From NCBI RefSeq assembly GCF_009914755.1, contig NC_060932.1: DNA of 64,000 nt, one strand, 5' to 3'. The DNA comes from the human T2T-CHM13v2.0 reference genome, Homo sapiens. Shown piece by piece: positions 46,652 to 62,251 of the stretch. The notes under the pieces were generated by a model that did not search any database, had not been told where the DNA came from, and saw nothing but the letters and a program-made list of their open reading frames with translations. Both the position numbers and the translations under genes were made by a program. Numbering within the stretch: position 1 is the stretch's first letter; every line of letters begins with the position of its first letter.

Positions 46652-46845
46652 CAGCGGTTCTCAAACTTCAGCACTATATACATCAGAATCCCCTGAGGCA
46701 CTTGTTAAAACACCAAATGCTGGGTCCTGTCCCCAGAGTTTCTGACTCAGTAGCAACTGTCAAGTGGGGTCTGAGAATGTGCATTGCTAACAAGTTTCCA
46801 GTGACGCCATGCTGCTGGTCCGGGACTTACACCTTGAGAACTGCT
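46652..46845. mobile_element. MER5A
   Basis: cagcggttctcaaa ... ccccagagtttctgactcagtag ... ttgagaactgc. Confidence 0.85.
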
Positions 46846-46925
46846 TAGGGAATCATTTTCTAGCTCTTGAAAAGCCTATCGGTCAAATCCAATCTGTCAC
46901 ATGTTCATATAAATAAAGTTTTATT

Positions 46926-47745
46926 GTAACAATGAAATAATAATATATATATTGGTCTCTTCTCCCAGTTCCTGACACAGAGGTCCTAAATCTCTTGGAA
47001 TTTCCTGGATGGTAGGACAATCTTTTGTTCTAATGCGATGACTCTTGGTGGGCTCCTGGATAGCCTCAAAGCGAGGGGCTGGTTGCCAGGTGAATTAACT
47101 ATGTGATTAGAGGGTATGAACTTTCAACCCCACTCCCTGACCCTCTGGGGAGGGGAAAGGCACTGAAGGTTGAGTTGATCACCAATGGCCTGTGCTCAAT
47201 CTGGCTATGTAATGAAGCCTCCATTAAAACCCTCCAAAAAATGGAATCAGGAGAGCTTTGGATTGATGAACACATCCACATGCTGAAGGGTGAACAACTA
47301 CATGAGGACAGAAGCTCCTGCTCTTGGGACCCTTCCAAAGCTCATCCTATGCATCCTTTTATCAGGCTGTTCATCTATATCCTTTGTTATATCCAATATT
47401 AATATGATAAGCTGATAAATGTGTTTCCCTGAGTTCTGTGAGTTGTCCTAGTAAATTAATCAAATTTGCTAAGAGGGGGTCATGGGAATCCCAACTTATG
47501 GCCAGTTGATCAGAAATACAGGCTAAAACCTGGAACTTACAAATGGTATCTAACGTTGGAGCAGTCTTGTGGACTTGAGCCTTAACCTGTGGGATCCAAC
47601 ACTATCTCTAGGTATAGTGTCAGAATTGAACTGAATTATAGGACACAAAGTTGGTGTCCACTGGAGAACTGGTTGTTGGTGGGAAGAAATCCCCGCACAT
47701 TTTGGTGAGCAAAGGTGAAGTGGTGAGTGATGTTTCTACTGTCTC
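46926..47745 (+). mobile_element. MER21-family ERVL LTR nested in a MER58 (flanks ~46880-46925 and ~47746-47885)
   Basis: ctcttggtgggctcctggatagcctc...gggctggttgccagg; MER58 resumes across it (aataaagttttat | cacagccac). Confidence 0.75.
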
Positions 47746-48051
47746 ACACACAGCCACACTTAACTTGTTTACATATTGTCTGTGACTGCTTTCTCAGTAC
47801 AACTGCAGAACTGAGCAATTGCAATAAACTTTACGGCCTGCAAAGCCTTTTTGATCCTTTACAGAAAAAGTGTGCTGATCTCTACTGCAGAGCATCATCT
47901 TCTAGTCCACAGCCAGCCCTGTCAACATAGCCTCCTGGAATGGACAATTACAGATGATAACTCTATAAGGCTGCTGCCATGACCAGGGCTTACTTTGTTA
48001 ATTTTATAAATGACTTTGTATGAGTCATTATAGTTACATGTAGTTTTTTAA

Positions 48052-48408
<357 letters not shown>

Positions 48409-49179
48409 TATGAAAAGATTTTTTAAAGAGGTATCCACTCACCTTGGAAGATAAAGAGCTTTTTTGATTGTCTATGTTAACCGGTAACAAAGGAAAATTG
48501 GAAGGATGCAGCATTTATTATAGTGGTTGCATCTCATAGAGTTGTACACACAAGAAAAAAAATCTCATGGAGTCCAAATTATGCTTGAAAATCTAAGTCA
48601 CCTTTAAAATACAGTATACAACATTTACAGACTATGTTGGAGGCAGATTCTCAATATGTCCAACACAGCCAGTTTTTCTTTCAGTGTTCAAACAGATGGC
48701 TCATTCTTTGGGTGAGCACCAGATGAAGTAGTTGGCTTGCTTTTGAGGCCATCTTGTACAAAAAATCCTTATCTTTAAACACTAGAATCACACTCTGCAC
48801 AGTGAGAAGCTCACACTGCACGCCACAAAGAATCTATGACCAATTGAGGGAACAGCAGATTAATGTCTCCCTTTTAACATTTACGCTGGGAAATACTCTT
48901 CAGAGAGATAGGCAGGCAGAAGTGACTGCACAACTTAAAGTCTCAACCTTTCTCTCTCTTTCTCTCAGCCCCAGCACATATAGTTGGATTCCAAAACCTC
49001 GAATATGCCTCAGATGGGACTATGATCATAAAGAAACTAGTAACAAAATAAAGATCTTAAAATAGTTTATTATATCCCATTCTTGGTACCAAATTCTGTC
49101 ACTGACATGCTCAGATTACAAATAAAAGATAAGCCCAGGCAAATTTATAAGCAAAAATATTTATTTTTAAGATATGTCA

Positions 49180-49499
<320 letters not shown>

Positions 49500-50404
49500 T
49501 TATAGAGCACACAGGCACCGAATCTTTGTTTTATATAAGCTTGTATTCAAAATAAACCGATATTCATTACACTTACATATTTGATAGTTACAAATTATAA
49601 TGTACATTATAGATACTTGCACCTACATATGCACATAAACTGGCTATAACTTCTTTAATAATGAGATTGCCTCCGTAGAGTAAATGACACAATAAATGTT
49701 CAACTATTTTGAATGGTTGCTATTTCCATTTTATGGTCAGTAATATGTCTTCATTGTTTTGAAAATGTAGGCATTTGAAATTAAGTAGTCTACAGCATTC
49801 ATCTGTAGTAAGTGCTAAGTATGTTATACATGAACAAAAACACTTATAAAAGCATCTTATGCATTCCTTTGAAACAGGTGAAAAATAACAGACATAACTT
49901 GCTTTAAAAAGTCATAAAATAGCTGCTTTTCTACTGATAACATTTTTGCTTTTAGCATTTCAGATGAGTATTTTTCATATGGAGAATTTATAAATGTACA
50001 GGAAACATGTTCATTTAACCAATATTTATAGACCAACATAATTTTGTTTGCATAATAAGTTGTAATTTGTAAGATACCAATTAACAATGCAAAGTTATTA
50101 CAACTATCAATGGCTTCTTCATACTAAAGCATTTATATTCATGTTTGTTGATTAGTTGCTAGTGCTAAATTTTTTATATTCATTTTGTTAAGTATTTGAC
50201 TACTCAAACTTAAGCATTCTGGCCAGGATTGTCTTGAGAAAACTTTGAAGTATATTCTTACCTTTTTCCTCTGATGATGGTTTAGATTCTGGATATCTGG
50301 AGAATCTAACCATTTTTGGATATATGTGTTGCTAAACCACCTATTTTAAAATAATACTAGTTGGAGCTAAAATAGAGTTTTGAGGTTAAGAAACTTCAAA
50401 TCTA

Positions 50405-50493
50405 TGGTCTGAGTGCAGTGATGTTTACACCTCACAACCAGTTACAGATTTCTTTGTTCCTTCTGCATTCCCACTGCTTCACTTATCTAGACT
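50405..50493 (+). pseudogene. Y3 RNA (RNY3) retropseudogene
   Basis: tggtctgagtgcagtgatgtttaca...tcacaaccagttacagatttctttgttccttc...cccactgcttcactt matches hY3 with a small internal deletion; TSD aagaaaYttcaaatcta at 50388-50404 and 50513-50529. Confidence 0.92.
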
Positions 50494-50867
50494 TATCTAC
50501 AAAAAAGATTGAAAGAAATTTCAAATCTAGAAGAGTATCTGCTGCCAAATAGCTGATCAGACATAAGCACAAGGGTAAAATGAGCACACTAAAAGCCATA
50601 CAACGCCTAGTAAATAATGAAATAGCAAAGATATCCAACTAACAATCAAAGGTTTTGTATACATGTTTTTGTTCTAATTCATGATTTGTGTAGTTTCTGA
50701 AACAAGCTGGCTGGAAGAAGGAGCTTTACTAAATGGAGCAAAAGTTTAAGGTAACAGGTCTCAGAAGATCTTTAAATCTTAGATGTGCACTGTATGTTAA
50801 TACAATGTTGAAAAGAATACAAAAAGAAAAAAATCAAAATAAAAATCTTTGATGTGCAAGAACTACG

Positions 50868-51366
<499 letters not shown>

Positions 51367-51403
51367 AACTAAATGAAGGGATTAAATGAAAAGATAAAAG
51401 AAA

Positions 51404-51895
<492 letters not shown>

Positions 51896-51998
51896 CTAGA
51901 AATCTGAAGATCTGTCATGGAAATTACTTCATTCATGCTAATGTAAAAAATATTAGTGACTAAATTATTAAAATTGAACACATTCTCACTGTGCTTAA

Positions 51999-52331
<333 letters not shown>

Positions 52332-52439
52332 TGATCTATCTCCTGAATCCATCCCACCAGCATTTAAATACTTGTCTCTCCCCCATCTTAAAACATGCAT
52401 CCCTGGACCCCCTATTGGTAACCTTGCCTACAATCCTAT

Positions 52440-53340
52440 CCTAACAGTGTCTCCTTGCTCAGTGCGCAACAAGACCACCAGCGCAGCTACTGAGAATCCT
52501 GGGAGTCTTCCCTCACAACAAATCATCACATTCTTCTGTGATATGGCCTTAAAATATAATCTCCCAAACATGTCACCTCTCTCCACATTCACTGCTACTT
52601 ACCATCCAGCATTGCCCCTGTACTGTATGTGTTAGTAAAAGCCTTGTAACTTTGTAGCCTCATATCCACTTTTCTCCTCTCCAATCCACTCCCCACACTG
52701 TAGCCTGACTAGTCTCATCTTAGGCAAGTACTGAACCATGCTCCATGTTTCCCATATGTGAAGTCCACTTTTTCTTCAAACAGAGCTCATAGGATTGTTG
52801 AGAAGATCAAATACTAGACAAAACCACTTAGCAACTGCAAAGCATAATAAATGGTAGCTATTATTAGTTTAACATCCAAACATTTAATACCAGTTGAACT
52901 ACTGACATTAGGAGAAGAAATACTATAATATTCAGGGACTCGAAGAGCCTGCAAAATCTTGTTTAACCTGGCCTCCACCAACATTTCAGTATCATTTTAG
53001 ATTTGACCCAGCAGCCTCACTCAAAGCTGTCACAATGGGGGTCCCTTTGCCTGGAATGCTCTCCCTGCTCCCACTTGGCCAACTAACTCCTGCTCATCTT
53101 TCAAGTTCTGGCTGAAACCATAATTTATCCAGAAATCCTACCCTGAGTTTCCCACTGCCCAACCCCACAAACACTAGGTCTTCCAAACCTACTGTGCAAC
53201 TTCCTGATACGACACATTTGTGGTTATCTGTCCTATGATCTTCCTTCCCACGAGACTATGAATCCTGTGAAGATCTTGTCTATAATTCCACCAAGTAGCA
53301 CCATGAATGGAACAATATAGGTTTTCAAATATTTGATAAC
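52440..53340 (+). mobile_element. L2 remnant with embedded MIR (~52720-52865)
   Basis: ccctttgcctggaatgctctccc (L2); ctcataggattgttgagaagatcaa (MIR core). Confidence 0.65.
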
Positions 53341-53659
53341 CGACTTTAATGACATAACTGAAAAAAAGATACCCTTTAAGTGCTATACTTAAAGGTGCTT
53401 TAACAGCCACTGTGCCCAGCCCTTGGCCTATTTTATTATAACATTAGGAAACTTTATAGTGAAGGAAAAATATTGACTTGCTTTCCCATCTTAAAGACTG
53501 TAACTAATTGAGCAGGATCTCAATTTTTCTCTAACTCATTACCTTACAGTTGCCTATACTTGTTATTTACTATTGAATCACAGGAGAATAGATGCCTGTA
53601 GATTTCCATCTCCAAGAGTTTTACTATATATACTACTTCCATTAAAAGTTAAATAAAAG

Positions 53660-53975
53660 GGCTGGGAGCAGTGGCTCATTCCTGTAATCCCAGCACTTTG
53701 GGAGGCTGAGGCGGGTGGATCACCTGAGGTCAGGAGTTCGAGACTAGCCTGGCCAATATGGCGAAACCCCGTCTCTACTAAAAATATAAAAATTAGCTGG
53801 GCGTGGTCGCAGGCGCCTGTAATTCCAGCTACTCAGGAGGGCTGAGGCAGGAGAATATCGCTTGAAACTGGGAGGTGGAGGTTGCAGTGAGCCGAGATCG
53901 TGCCACTGCACTCCAGCCTGAGCAGCAAGAGCGAAATTCTATCTAAAAAAAAAAAAAAGAAAAAAGAAAAAAGAA
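53660..53975 (+). mobile_element. AluS
   Basis: TSD aaagttaaRtaaaag. Confidence 0.92.
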
Positions 53976-53992
53976 AGTTAAGTAAAAGATCA

Positions 53993-54285
53993 GGCCGGGC
54001 GCAGTGGCTCACACCTGTAACCCCAGCACTTTGGGAGGCCGAGGCAAGCGGATCACGAGGTCAGGAGTTCGAGACCAACCTAGCCAACATGGTGAAACCC
54101 CATCTCTACTAAAGATACAAATAATTAGCTGGGCATGGTGGTACGCACCTGTAATCCCAAATACTCGGGAGGCTGAGACAGGCTAATCACTTGAACCTGG
54201 GAGGCAGAGGTTGCAGTGAGCCGAGATCGCGCCATTGCACTCCAGGATGGATAACAGGGCGAGACTCCATCTCAAAAAAAAAGAA
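53993..54285 (+). mobile_element. AluS (Sg-like)
   Basis: ggatcacgaggtcaggagttc. Confidence 0.92.
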
Positions 54286-54306
54286 GTAAAATCAAAACTA
54301 AAAGTG

Positions 54307-54452
54307 TAAATACCCATATAAGCAAAAGTTTATTGTATACATCTTTATGGGTATTTTATATACCCATATAAGCATATTTTATGTACCTATATAAGCTTAT
54401 ATGGGTATTTTAAATACCCATATAAGCAAAAGTTTATTGTATACATCTTTAT
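54307..54452. repeat. Complex direct and inverted repeat
   Basis: 42-bp perfect direct repeat (54307-54348, 54411-54452); 16-bp-arm palindrome 54395-54427. Confidence 0.95.
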
Positions 54453-55572
54453 TTTTACATACAAGTTATCTTAAAGCAGTGTACTTTTTCTCTGAGCTTC
54501 TGCACTGAGAGGTGATGACTCATTTTTCCCTTGAAGTTTATTTCCTAAAACTGAGTCTGGCTTCTGGCTCAGCTCTTTCTCAGTCTGCCTTATGGTTTCA
54601 TCCACATTTGCTATAACTGTTTTAAGGTAGGTAAAGTTGATTTTCCATGTATTTCATTTCTTTTTCCATCTTCTTTTATTCCCTACTATCATCTTCAATT
54701 CATTCTATGCCACTTTCTTACCTATCGGTTTTCTAATTCATTTCTAAAGTAAAATTTCTCCTTTTCAACCAATCACATAAATACTTTTTCCCCTGAAAGT
54801 GCCTTTTCCATTGCCCAATTTTGCTCCTTCTGCATAATTGGAATATTTCTATTTGCTACAGATCACACACAGAGTATTAGTGTTAATGTGTTCTAATGTA
54901 CTATCTTCCACCAGAAATAACTAAACATGAGAAAAACAGTACTTACACAATTTATCAGCTTAAACTCCTTACCAGACAGGAATTGGTTAGAAAAGGACTT
55001 CAGAGTCAGTAAGGGCCAGAAAGAACCTCAGGATACAGGCTGGTCCTGAAGCCACCAGTAAAGAGGAGGCTTGGGGTTAGGCTTCAATTTGGCTTGATAA
55101 GGAAGGGGGCAGTAGAAAAGGGGAAGCACAGGGTTTGAAAGAGATCTCTGCTGTCATAATCTACATAATGAACCCATTAAGTAATGAAGACACAAATGAC
55201 ACAAAATCAGTGTCTAAATATACAGCAGACTGTTTAAGTGTTGGAAAAGTTTGAACAACTGGGAAATAGATCAGCAAGAACCAAAACAAACACGGACAGC
55301 TTCATGGAATAGCCAGTTCTTGAAGAACAGATAGAATTTTTTAAGTTGAGGAGAAGAGAATGAGTGGACTCCCAAGCACACAATGCATTTACTGAAGTTT
55401 AAAGATGTCAATTTAAGTAAAAATATGAGCGTCAGGTCAATTCACAGGAAAGGAGAGCAGGTTACGGGGATTCCTGAAAACATAAGAATTTAGATTTGAC
55501 ACAGTAAGCCATTAAATGCTTATGAGCAGAAGAGTAGAAAAAAATCAAATAGCTGGTGTTGAAAAACCTGAA

Positions 55573-55654
55573 AATGTTGAAAAGAATACAAAAAAAAACT
55601 AACAACAAAAATCTTAAATGTGCAAGAACTAAGTCATGCTTCTCAACCTGGGCT
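55573..55654 (+). repeat. Local duplicate of 50804-50888
   Basis: aatgttgaaaagaatacaaaaa...atgtgcaagaactaMgtcatgcttYtcaacctgggct in both places. Confidence 0.9.
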
Positions 55655-55704
55655 CACTCTCAGTCATAGCAATTATTTGGGCAACAGACTAAAAGGTCAC
55701 TAAG

Positions 55705-55975
55705 AAGGACCTCTGAGATTTAAATACCAGCCCTACCACTGATTAGTTTTTAAGTGTATTTAAGACCAGTTATTTTATTTCAGACGAGATCGGGCACGTT
55801 TAGGATGATATGACCATAGACCAGTTACTTTGTTTCTAAGCTTTAGTTTCCTACGTAAAATGGGTAAGAAAAAGCCCACCTCACTGGACCACTGTGATAA
55901 TTAAAGGAGAACACAAGTAAAGGTCCAACAGATAGTGTGGGATATAATAAGTGCTCAAGTAATGTTAAAAGTTAT
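55705..55975 (+). mobile_element. MIR interrupted by the 5S fragment
   Basis: ctaagctttagtttcctacgtaaaatggg core. Confidence 0.7.
55780..55821 (-). pseudogene. 3'-truncated 5S rRNA retrocopy (nt ~1-42)
   Basis: Minus strand gtctatggtcatatcatcctaaacgtgcccgatctcgtctga matches the 5S 5' end; TSD cagttaYttt; lies inside a MIR. Confidence 0.88.
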
Positions 55976-55978
55976 TAA

Positions 55979-56079
55979 GGCTGGGCGCAGTGGCTCCCGC
56001 CTATAATCCCAGCACTTTGGGAGTCCGAGACGGGTGGATCACCTGAGGTCAGGAATTTGAGACCAGCCTGGCCAACATG
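55979..56079 (+). mobile_element. AluS left-arm fragment
   Basis: Ends at gccaacatgg with no tail. Confidence 0.88.
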
Positions 56080-56481
56080 GGATAACACAGTGAGAAGTTG
56101 AGGGGAACCACTCTCACACCTTGCTGGAATACTCTCTAAGGAGGAAAGAACCATCAAAATTAAAAACCTAGCCTTTGGCCCATTTACATATCTAGGAATC
56201 CTTCCTACAGCTATACTTATATAGCACTATTTTTTTAAGAGCAAAAGATTACAAAGCACTAAATAAATCATGGAACATTAATACAGTATAATACTTTGAA
56301 GCTGTAAAAGAAGGGAGCTGCTTTATACATGAATATACAGTAACTTCTAAGATATACTTTAAGTGAAAAAAGTAGGTGCAGGATATCATACTACCATTTG
56401 CGTGGGAAAAATATATGAAATAGTAAATTTGTAGAATATCTCTGATGGGCATACAAAATTGGTAAAAATGGCTGTCCCTGA

Positions 56482-56982
<501 letters not shown>

Positions 56983-57819
56983 TCTGGATGCCTATTTTGA
57001 AAATGTTGCCAATGTAAAAAAAAAAATTGTAAAAAGATAAATGAAAATAAAATGAAACAAGAAGTTCACAGTTACCTAGACTGTCCATGTTGTGACATGA
57101 CAGGTGGTTTGTGCTTTCTTATGCATTTCTGTAATATATTGAGCTTATTTTCATAATAAAATATTTTAAAGATGAGAGTATAAAGGAGGAAATTCCCAAA
57201 AAGATTACAAAAAAAGATCTAGAGGGCAGGATGAATACAGAATATTTATGCTATAATAGGCAAGGCTAAATAAAGCAGACTGTTATTCTAACAATGAGAT
57301 ATACAACTGTGCCTTTCATAGTCTGAACTAATCCTGGCAAAACTGTGAAAGGCTAGGCTGGCGACTATTTTGATGCTGCACAAAGCAGTCTAAACTTCAG
57401 TCCATAGGCCTTTGTTGACATTAGAGCTGAGAATGATGAAAATACTATTAAGATTAAACTGATATAACAGAATGGGCCATTCTAGGAGGAAGAGTAGCCT
57501 ATTTCTGGCCGACAGACATTTCTTATGTGGCTCTGGTAGTGTCTGATGGGTCTGGAAGAGCCAGAAAGTCCAAAAGCTGTGCATTCTCAAAGCCAACCGC
57601 CCATATGAGGATAATGTGGTTTCCTTTAGACAGGTGCTTTCTGTGTGTTTTCCTGTGCTGTCGCCTGACTAGGCTTATTGCTTTCATGTACCTAACTTTT
57701 CTGGTCTCCAGACACTGAGTTTCTGACTGCTAACAGGTACCTGAATTAAGTCACCAGACCAGATACAAGCCAAAGGGTCTGGACTAGAAGGGTGGTGGTA
57801 GATCTGGAAAGGCACAGTG

Positions 57820-58055
57820 GGGGAACACAAGATGCAGGCTGCCTCCTGGGGGTGTAGAGACTCAGAAGCCAGAATGCCCAGGTTTGAGTCCTGGCTTCCC
57901 CACTTACTAGGTCCATAACCTGGCACTAATGAGCTACTTAATCTCTGTCTCGTTTTTCCCCATCTGTAAAACTGTGATTTAAGAGTACCTACCTCATAGT
58001 GGTCTAGGGTTCATTGAATAAATATTTGTAAAGCATTAGTATAGTGCCTGGCAGA
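57820..58055 (+). mobile_element. MIR
   Basis: ccaggtttgagtcctggcttcc ... tttttccccatctgtaaaa ... atagtgcctggca. Confidence 0.85.
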
Positions 58056-58409
58056 GAATTCATTTTTGTTAAAACTTATTGCATGCCTACCATGAGCTCA
58101 GTTCTAATAAAAATTAAAATTCAGACTTTACATTTGATAGGTACTGCAAAGGAAAAAAAGAGCAATCAAAAGTTGACAGTAGAGTGGAGGTTTAGAAATT
58201 ATCTACAAAAAGGTAATAAAATCCTGACAATAAATGAATTATCCAAGGGAGAAAATTTAGATAAAAATCAAAGAGCAGATGACTAAATCTAAAAACAAAA
58301 AACAAAACAAAACAAAAACCGCCAAAAACAAAAACTCTCTGATTGGATGTGGGAAGACGGGAAGATGAGGAGTCAGATAAAGCAAGATTAGAATAGTGTA
58401 TCACTTGAA

Positions 58410-58715
<306 letters not shown>

Positions 58716-58844
58716 TTACCACTTGAGAAACTTCTAGTAACAATAAATCCATTGCACACTGGTAAATTTTTAGTTTTCAAAGCACTCATCTCTCACTGGA
58801 TCCTAATTAACGGCCCCATGAGGCAGAGGAATCATCTCCATTTT

Positions 58845-58892
58845 AATAAATCTCCAATTTAGAGATTAAATAAATCTCCAGTTTAGAGATTA
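58845..58892. repeat. 24-bp tandem duplication in a MIR remnant
   Basis: aataaatctccaRtttagagatta x2. Confidence 0.85.
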
Positions 58893-59079
58893 AAATATTG
58901 CCTGGAATCACACAGCTCATGAGTTATAAAACAGAAAATCAAAACCACTATTTTATATATATCATATTCTCCTGTAAAAATTCTGTAAGAATCAGGATAA
59001 TTCTAGCTCCATTCAATGGAGCAAATATTATGCCCCCTCCCATTTTTTAAAAATAAAAACCAAATGACAAAATAAATGA

Positions 59080-59409
<330 letters not shown>

Positions 59410-59896
59410 TGATAAATCAGAAATAAGCATGCCCAGAAAAAATACATATAACATTTTTCCTTTTGCCCAACAAGTATATTTATGTTTTACTGATTTTTAA
59501 AAAAACTTTGCTCATTCCCCCTAAAAAAAAATCTGAGCATTTACTATAAGTCAGGCACAGCTACAAGGTTAATGTGAAGACTCACATCATTATTGTACCC
59601 CATAAATATGCACAAATATTATGTGTCAATGCAAAACAAAACTTAAAAAAGATTCTCTTCTCAGAGAGCTTAGCAGGGGAGAGACACTGTTAAATATGCA
59701 ATTTTGATATAATGTGATAGATGCTACAATGAGTATATGCACAGGAGCAGCAATCCAATCTGGAGAGAGGCAGGTGTGGTGTCAGGAAGGAAACGAATGG
59801 AAGATGCATGGGAATTAGTCAGGTAGCACAACTGCAGGGAACTGGGAAAGTGTGCCAGGCAACGTGTGTACAAACAGGCTTAAGAGTAATCAACAT

Positions 59897-60093
59897 AGGG
59901 AAACATCACACACCAGGGCATATCAGGGGGTGGGGGGAAGGGGAGGGAGAGCATTAGGAAAAATACCTAATGTATGCGGGGCTTAAAACCTAGATGACGG
60001 GTTGATAGGTACAGCAAACCACCATGGCACATGTATACCTATGATACATTCAGCACATGTACCCCAGAACTTAAAATAAAATTTAAAAATAAA
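59897..60093 (+). mobile_element. L1PA7/8-like 3' end
   Basis: ggggcttaaaacctagatgacgggttgatagg; TSD taatcaa. Confidence 0.88.
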
Positions 60094-60329
60094 TAATCAA
60101 TAATGCTTATACCACAAGTATATAATATCCACTCGATTTTAATTATGTTACCTTTTATTATTTTACAATGTATTTCAAAAAATGCTGTTACAGTTGTCTT
60201 AACTACTCTATATGATCTGGAATAAAGAACTCTTAGAATTAGAACACACAAACATCAAGCTGTAATACCTACTTGTCCTGAAACATTACTACCAAAGGGA
60301 TGTAGTTTTTAAATAAGCAGATGTGTGGC

Positions 60330-60404
60330 AATGCAAAATAAAATACAAATTTGTTAGAACAGTAAAGTTTGCTTTAATGGCTACAGAAAGAAGGCGGTTT
60401 TATT
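60330..60404 (-). terminator. ARMC1 polyadenylation region
   Basis: Minus-strand AATAAA (60399-60404) and ATTAAA (60373-60378) followed by a U/GU-rich element (TTTGTATTTTATTTTG). Confidence 0.7.
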
Positions 60405-62059
60405 TTCTTTTTTAAACACATCTGGTTCTGGCAGCAAGTTATATTATGCATTTAGAGCAATAGGTGCCCTGAAAGTTATTGTTGCTTTTTTTGTTTTTTT
60501 TTTTTTCAGTTTGTGCGTGTCACTTGAATCAGAAACCAAACACATGTAAAAAAATATCATCCTCAATGCCCCCCATTAACTCTCTCTCCAGAAGGTGACA
60601 ATGTTAGTGAACTCAAGACTCTCACTGATGATGGTATTTTACAATGAAAACACAAGGAAACCCTTTGAGGTCCAATTTTCACATCATATTCTCCAAATAG
60701 TAAAATAGCAGCTCTACATGTTGATGAAAAGAAATTTCAATTTCTTCCTATTTGTTTTTACTCATATCAACATTAATATGTATCTGGATTTATTAATTTC
60801 CAAAAAGAAAATTTTAGTTACCAAATATTTCAGAAATTTAATAAAGCATTACATATATGTAATTAGCACTTATCTACCAAAAAAACATATGTGTATGTAT
60901 TTATTTATCTTACCTTCACTGAAGTTCTTTTTTCTGGCTGGACATGAGAAACAGGATTAAGTGATCAATGCTGGCTTTATTTCTTCATAAGCAGTAATTT
61001 GGGTCTTTTTCATTCAACACAACGCAGCATTTTCATAATAAATTCACAAAAGACAATACAAAGAAACACCTACTGAATAGAACTCTGTCGAGCAATTCAT
61101 GTTTTAAAGTTGGACTCTATACCAAACTGGCATTATGGTATTATAGGCATTTGATTTTTGTTTTCTTATTTTCAGTTTGTCAGTTTCTTTACTACCATTA
61201 TTTTTTTCTAGCCAGAGATAACGTATAATCACAAAGTAAGGCCTAGAGACCATTTATAGTTGTTTGCAATATCATGATCACATTAACTCTCAAGAGTTGA
61301 TATAAGCCAAAGTGAAAAGAAGTCAACTAGAACCACATTTGGTCACATTCAAACAGTCTCCAAAAACACTTCACTAATATACATGTTTCCTTCTTGACTG
61401 ATTTTGTGTTAATTTTATTAAAATTATAATGAATAAGGCTGCAAAATTTTTGTAGAGTTGTTTTTCTAGGGGACTACTGTGTTCAAATGAATGTTTTTAA
61501 TCTGCAAAATGTCATTAGTAATGTCCTTTCTATAAACACGGTTGGCAAAATAAAAAGGCACAAAAGAGGGTAACAAGAAATGTTTTCAGCTTTCAGTGAA
61601 GAGTACAAAGCATGTACCCTTCATGAAGAAAAGCACAGTAAAATATTCAGTAATTCATGCACAACTTGAGCTACAAGAAAACTTCTCTTCAGGTAGGTCC
61701 TGAGGCTTGAAAAGAAAATGAGTTTTCCTAATCACATGCTTCACGTAAAATAAAATGTAAAGCTGCACATACACATGTGGTTTTAACAGTGGACCCATGG
61801 TTTTTAAATATGAGGCAATTAAATGAAAGAAAACAAACCAAAATACTTTCATAAACAAAGCAACTCCATCTGTAGCCTCTGTCCTTTTTACCACTCAGTG
61901 GGGTAAAATGTCCAATAAAATGTGAAATGCAGCATATGCGATCGTGTAATCTAAAAACTTTTCATGATAACTTATTGCAAATTGCACTTGACAGTTCACC
62001 ACAACAATGGAAAACTGGCCCCTTGTTGGTTCACACAGTCCTTGAGCCCAAAAGTGAAG
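60360..62059 (-). other. ARMC1: ARMC1 3' UTR (~1.7 kb, no recognisable repeats, AT-rich)
   Basis: Follows the stop codon and ends at polyA signals; exact 3' end is approximate. Confidence 0.8.
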
Positions 62060-62251
62060 TCACCAATAAAATGATCTGGATAAAAAGTTTGCAGCTGTGC
62101 TAAGCCAGCTAGCTCCACCTTCTGGGTGTGAGCCGACCCGGGACACCGCTTTGTCCTGTTCCTTTGTGGGACTCTCATCCTCAGGCAGGTAGTCAGGTAG
62201 CTCTGTGTTCTGTTCAACTTCCACAGGAGTATCTTGGAATGGGACCAACAT
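62060..62251 (-). CDS. ARMC1: ARMC1 terminal exon, coding part (MLVPFQDTP...LSRSFYW*)
   Basis: Acceptor tatcag|ATG; ORF-track peptide matches the ARMC1 C-terminus; TGA stop at 62060-62062. Confidence 0.97.
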   Translation of the reverse strand: MLVPFQDTPVEVEQNTELPDYLPEDESPTKEQDKAVSRVGSHPEGGASWLSTAANFLSRSFYW

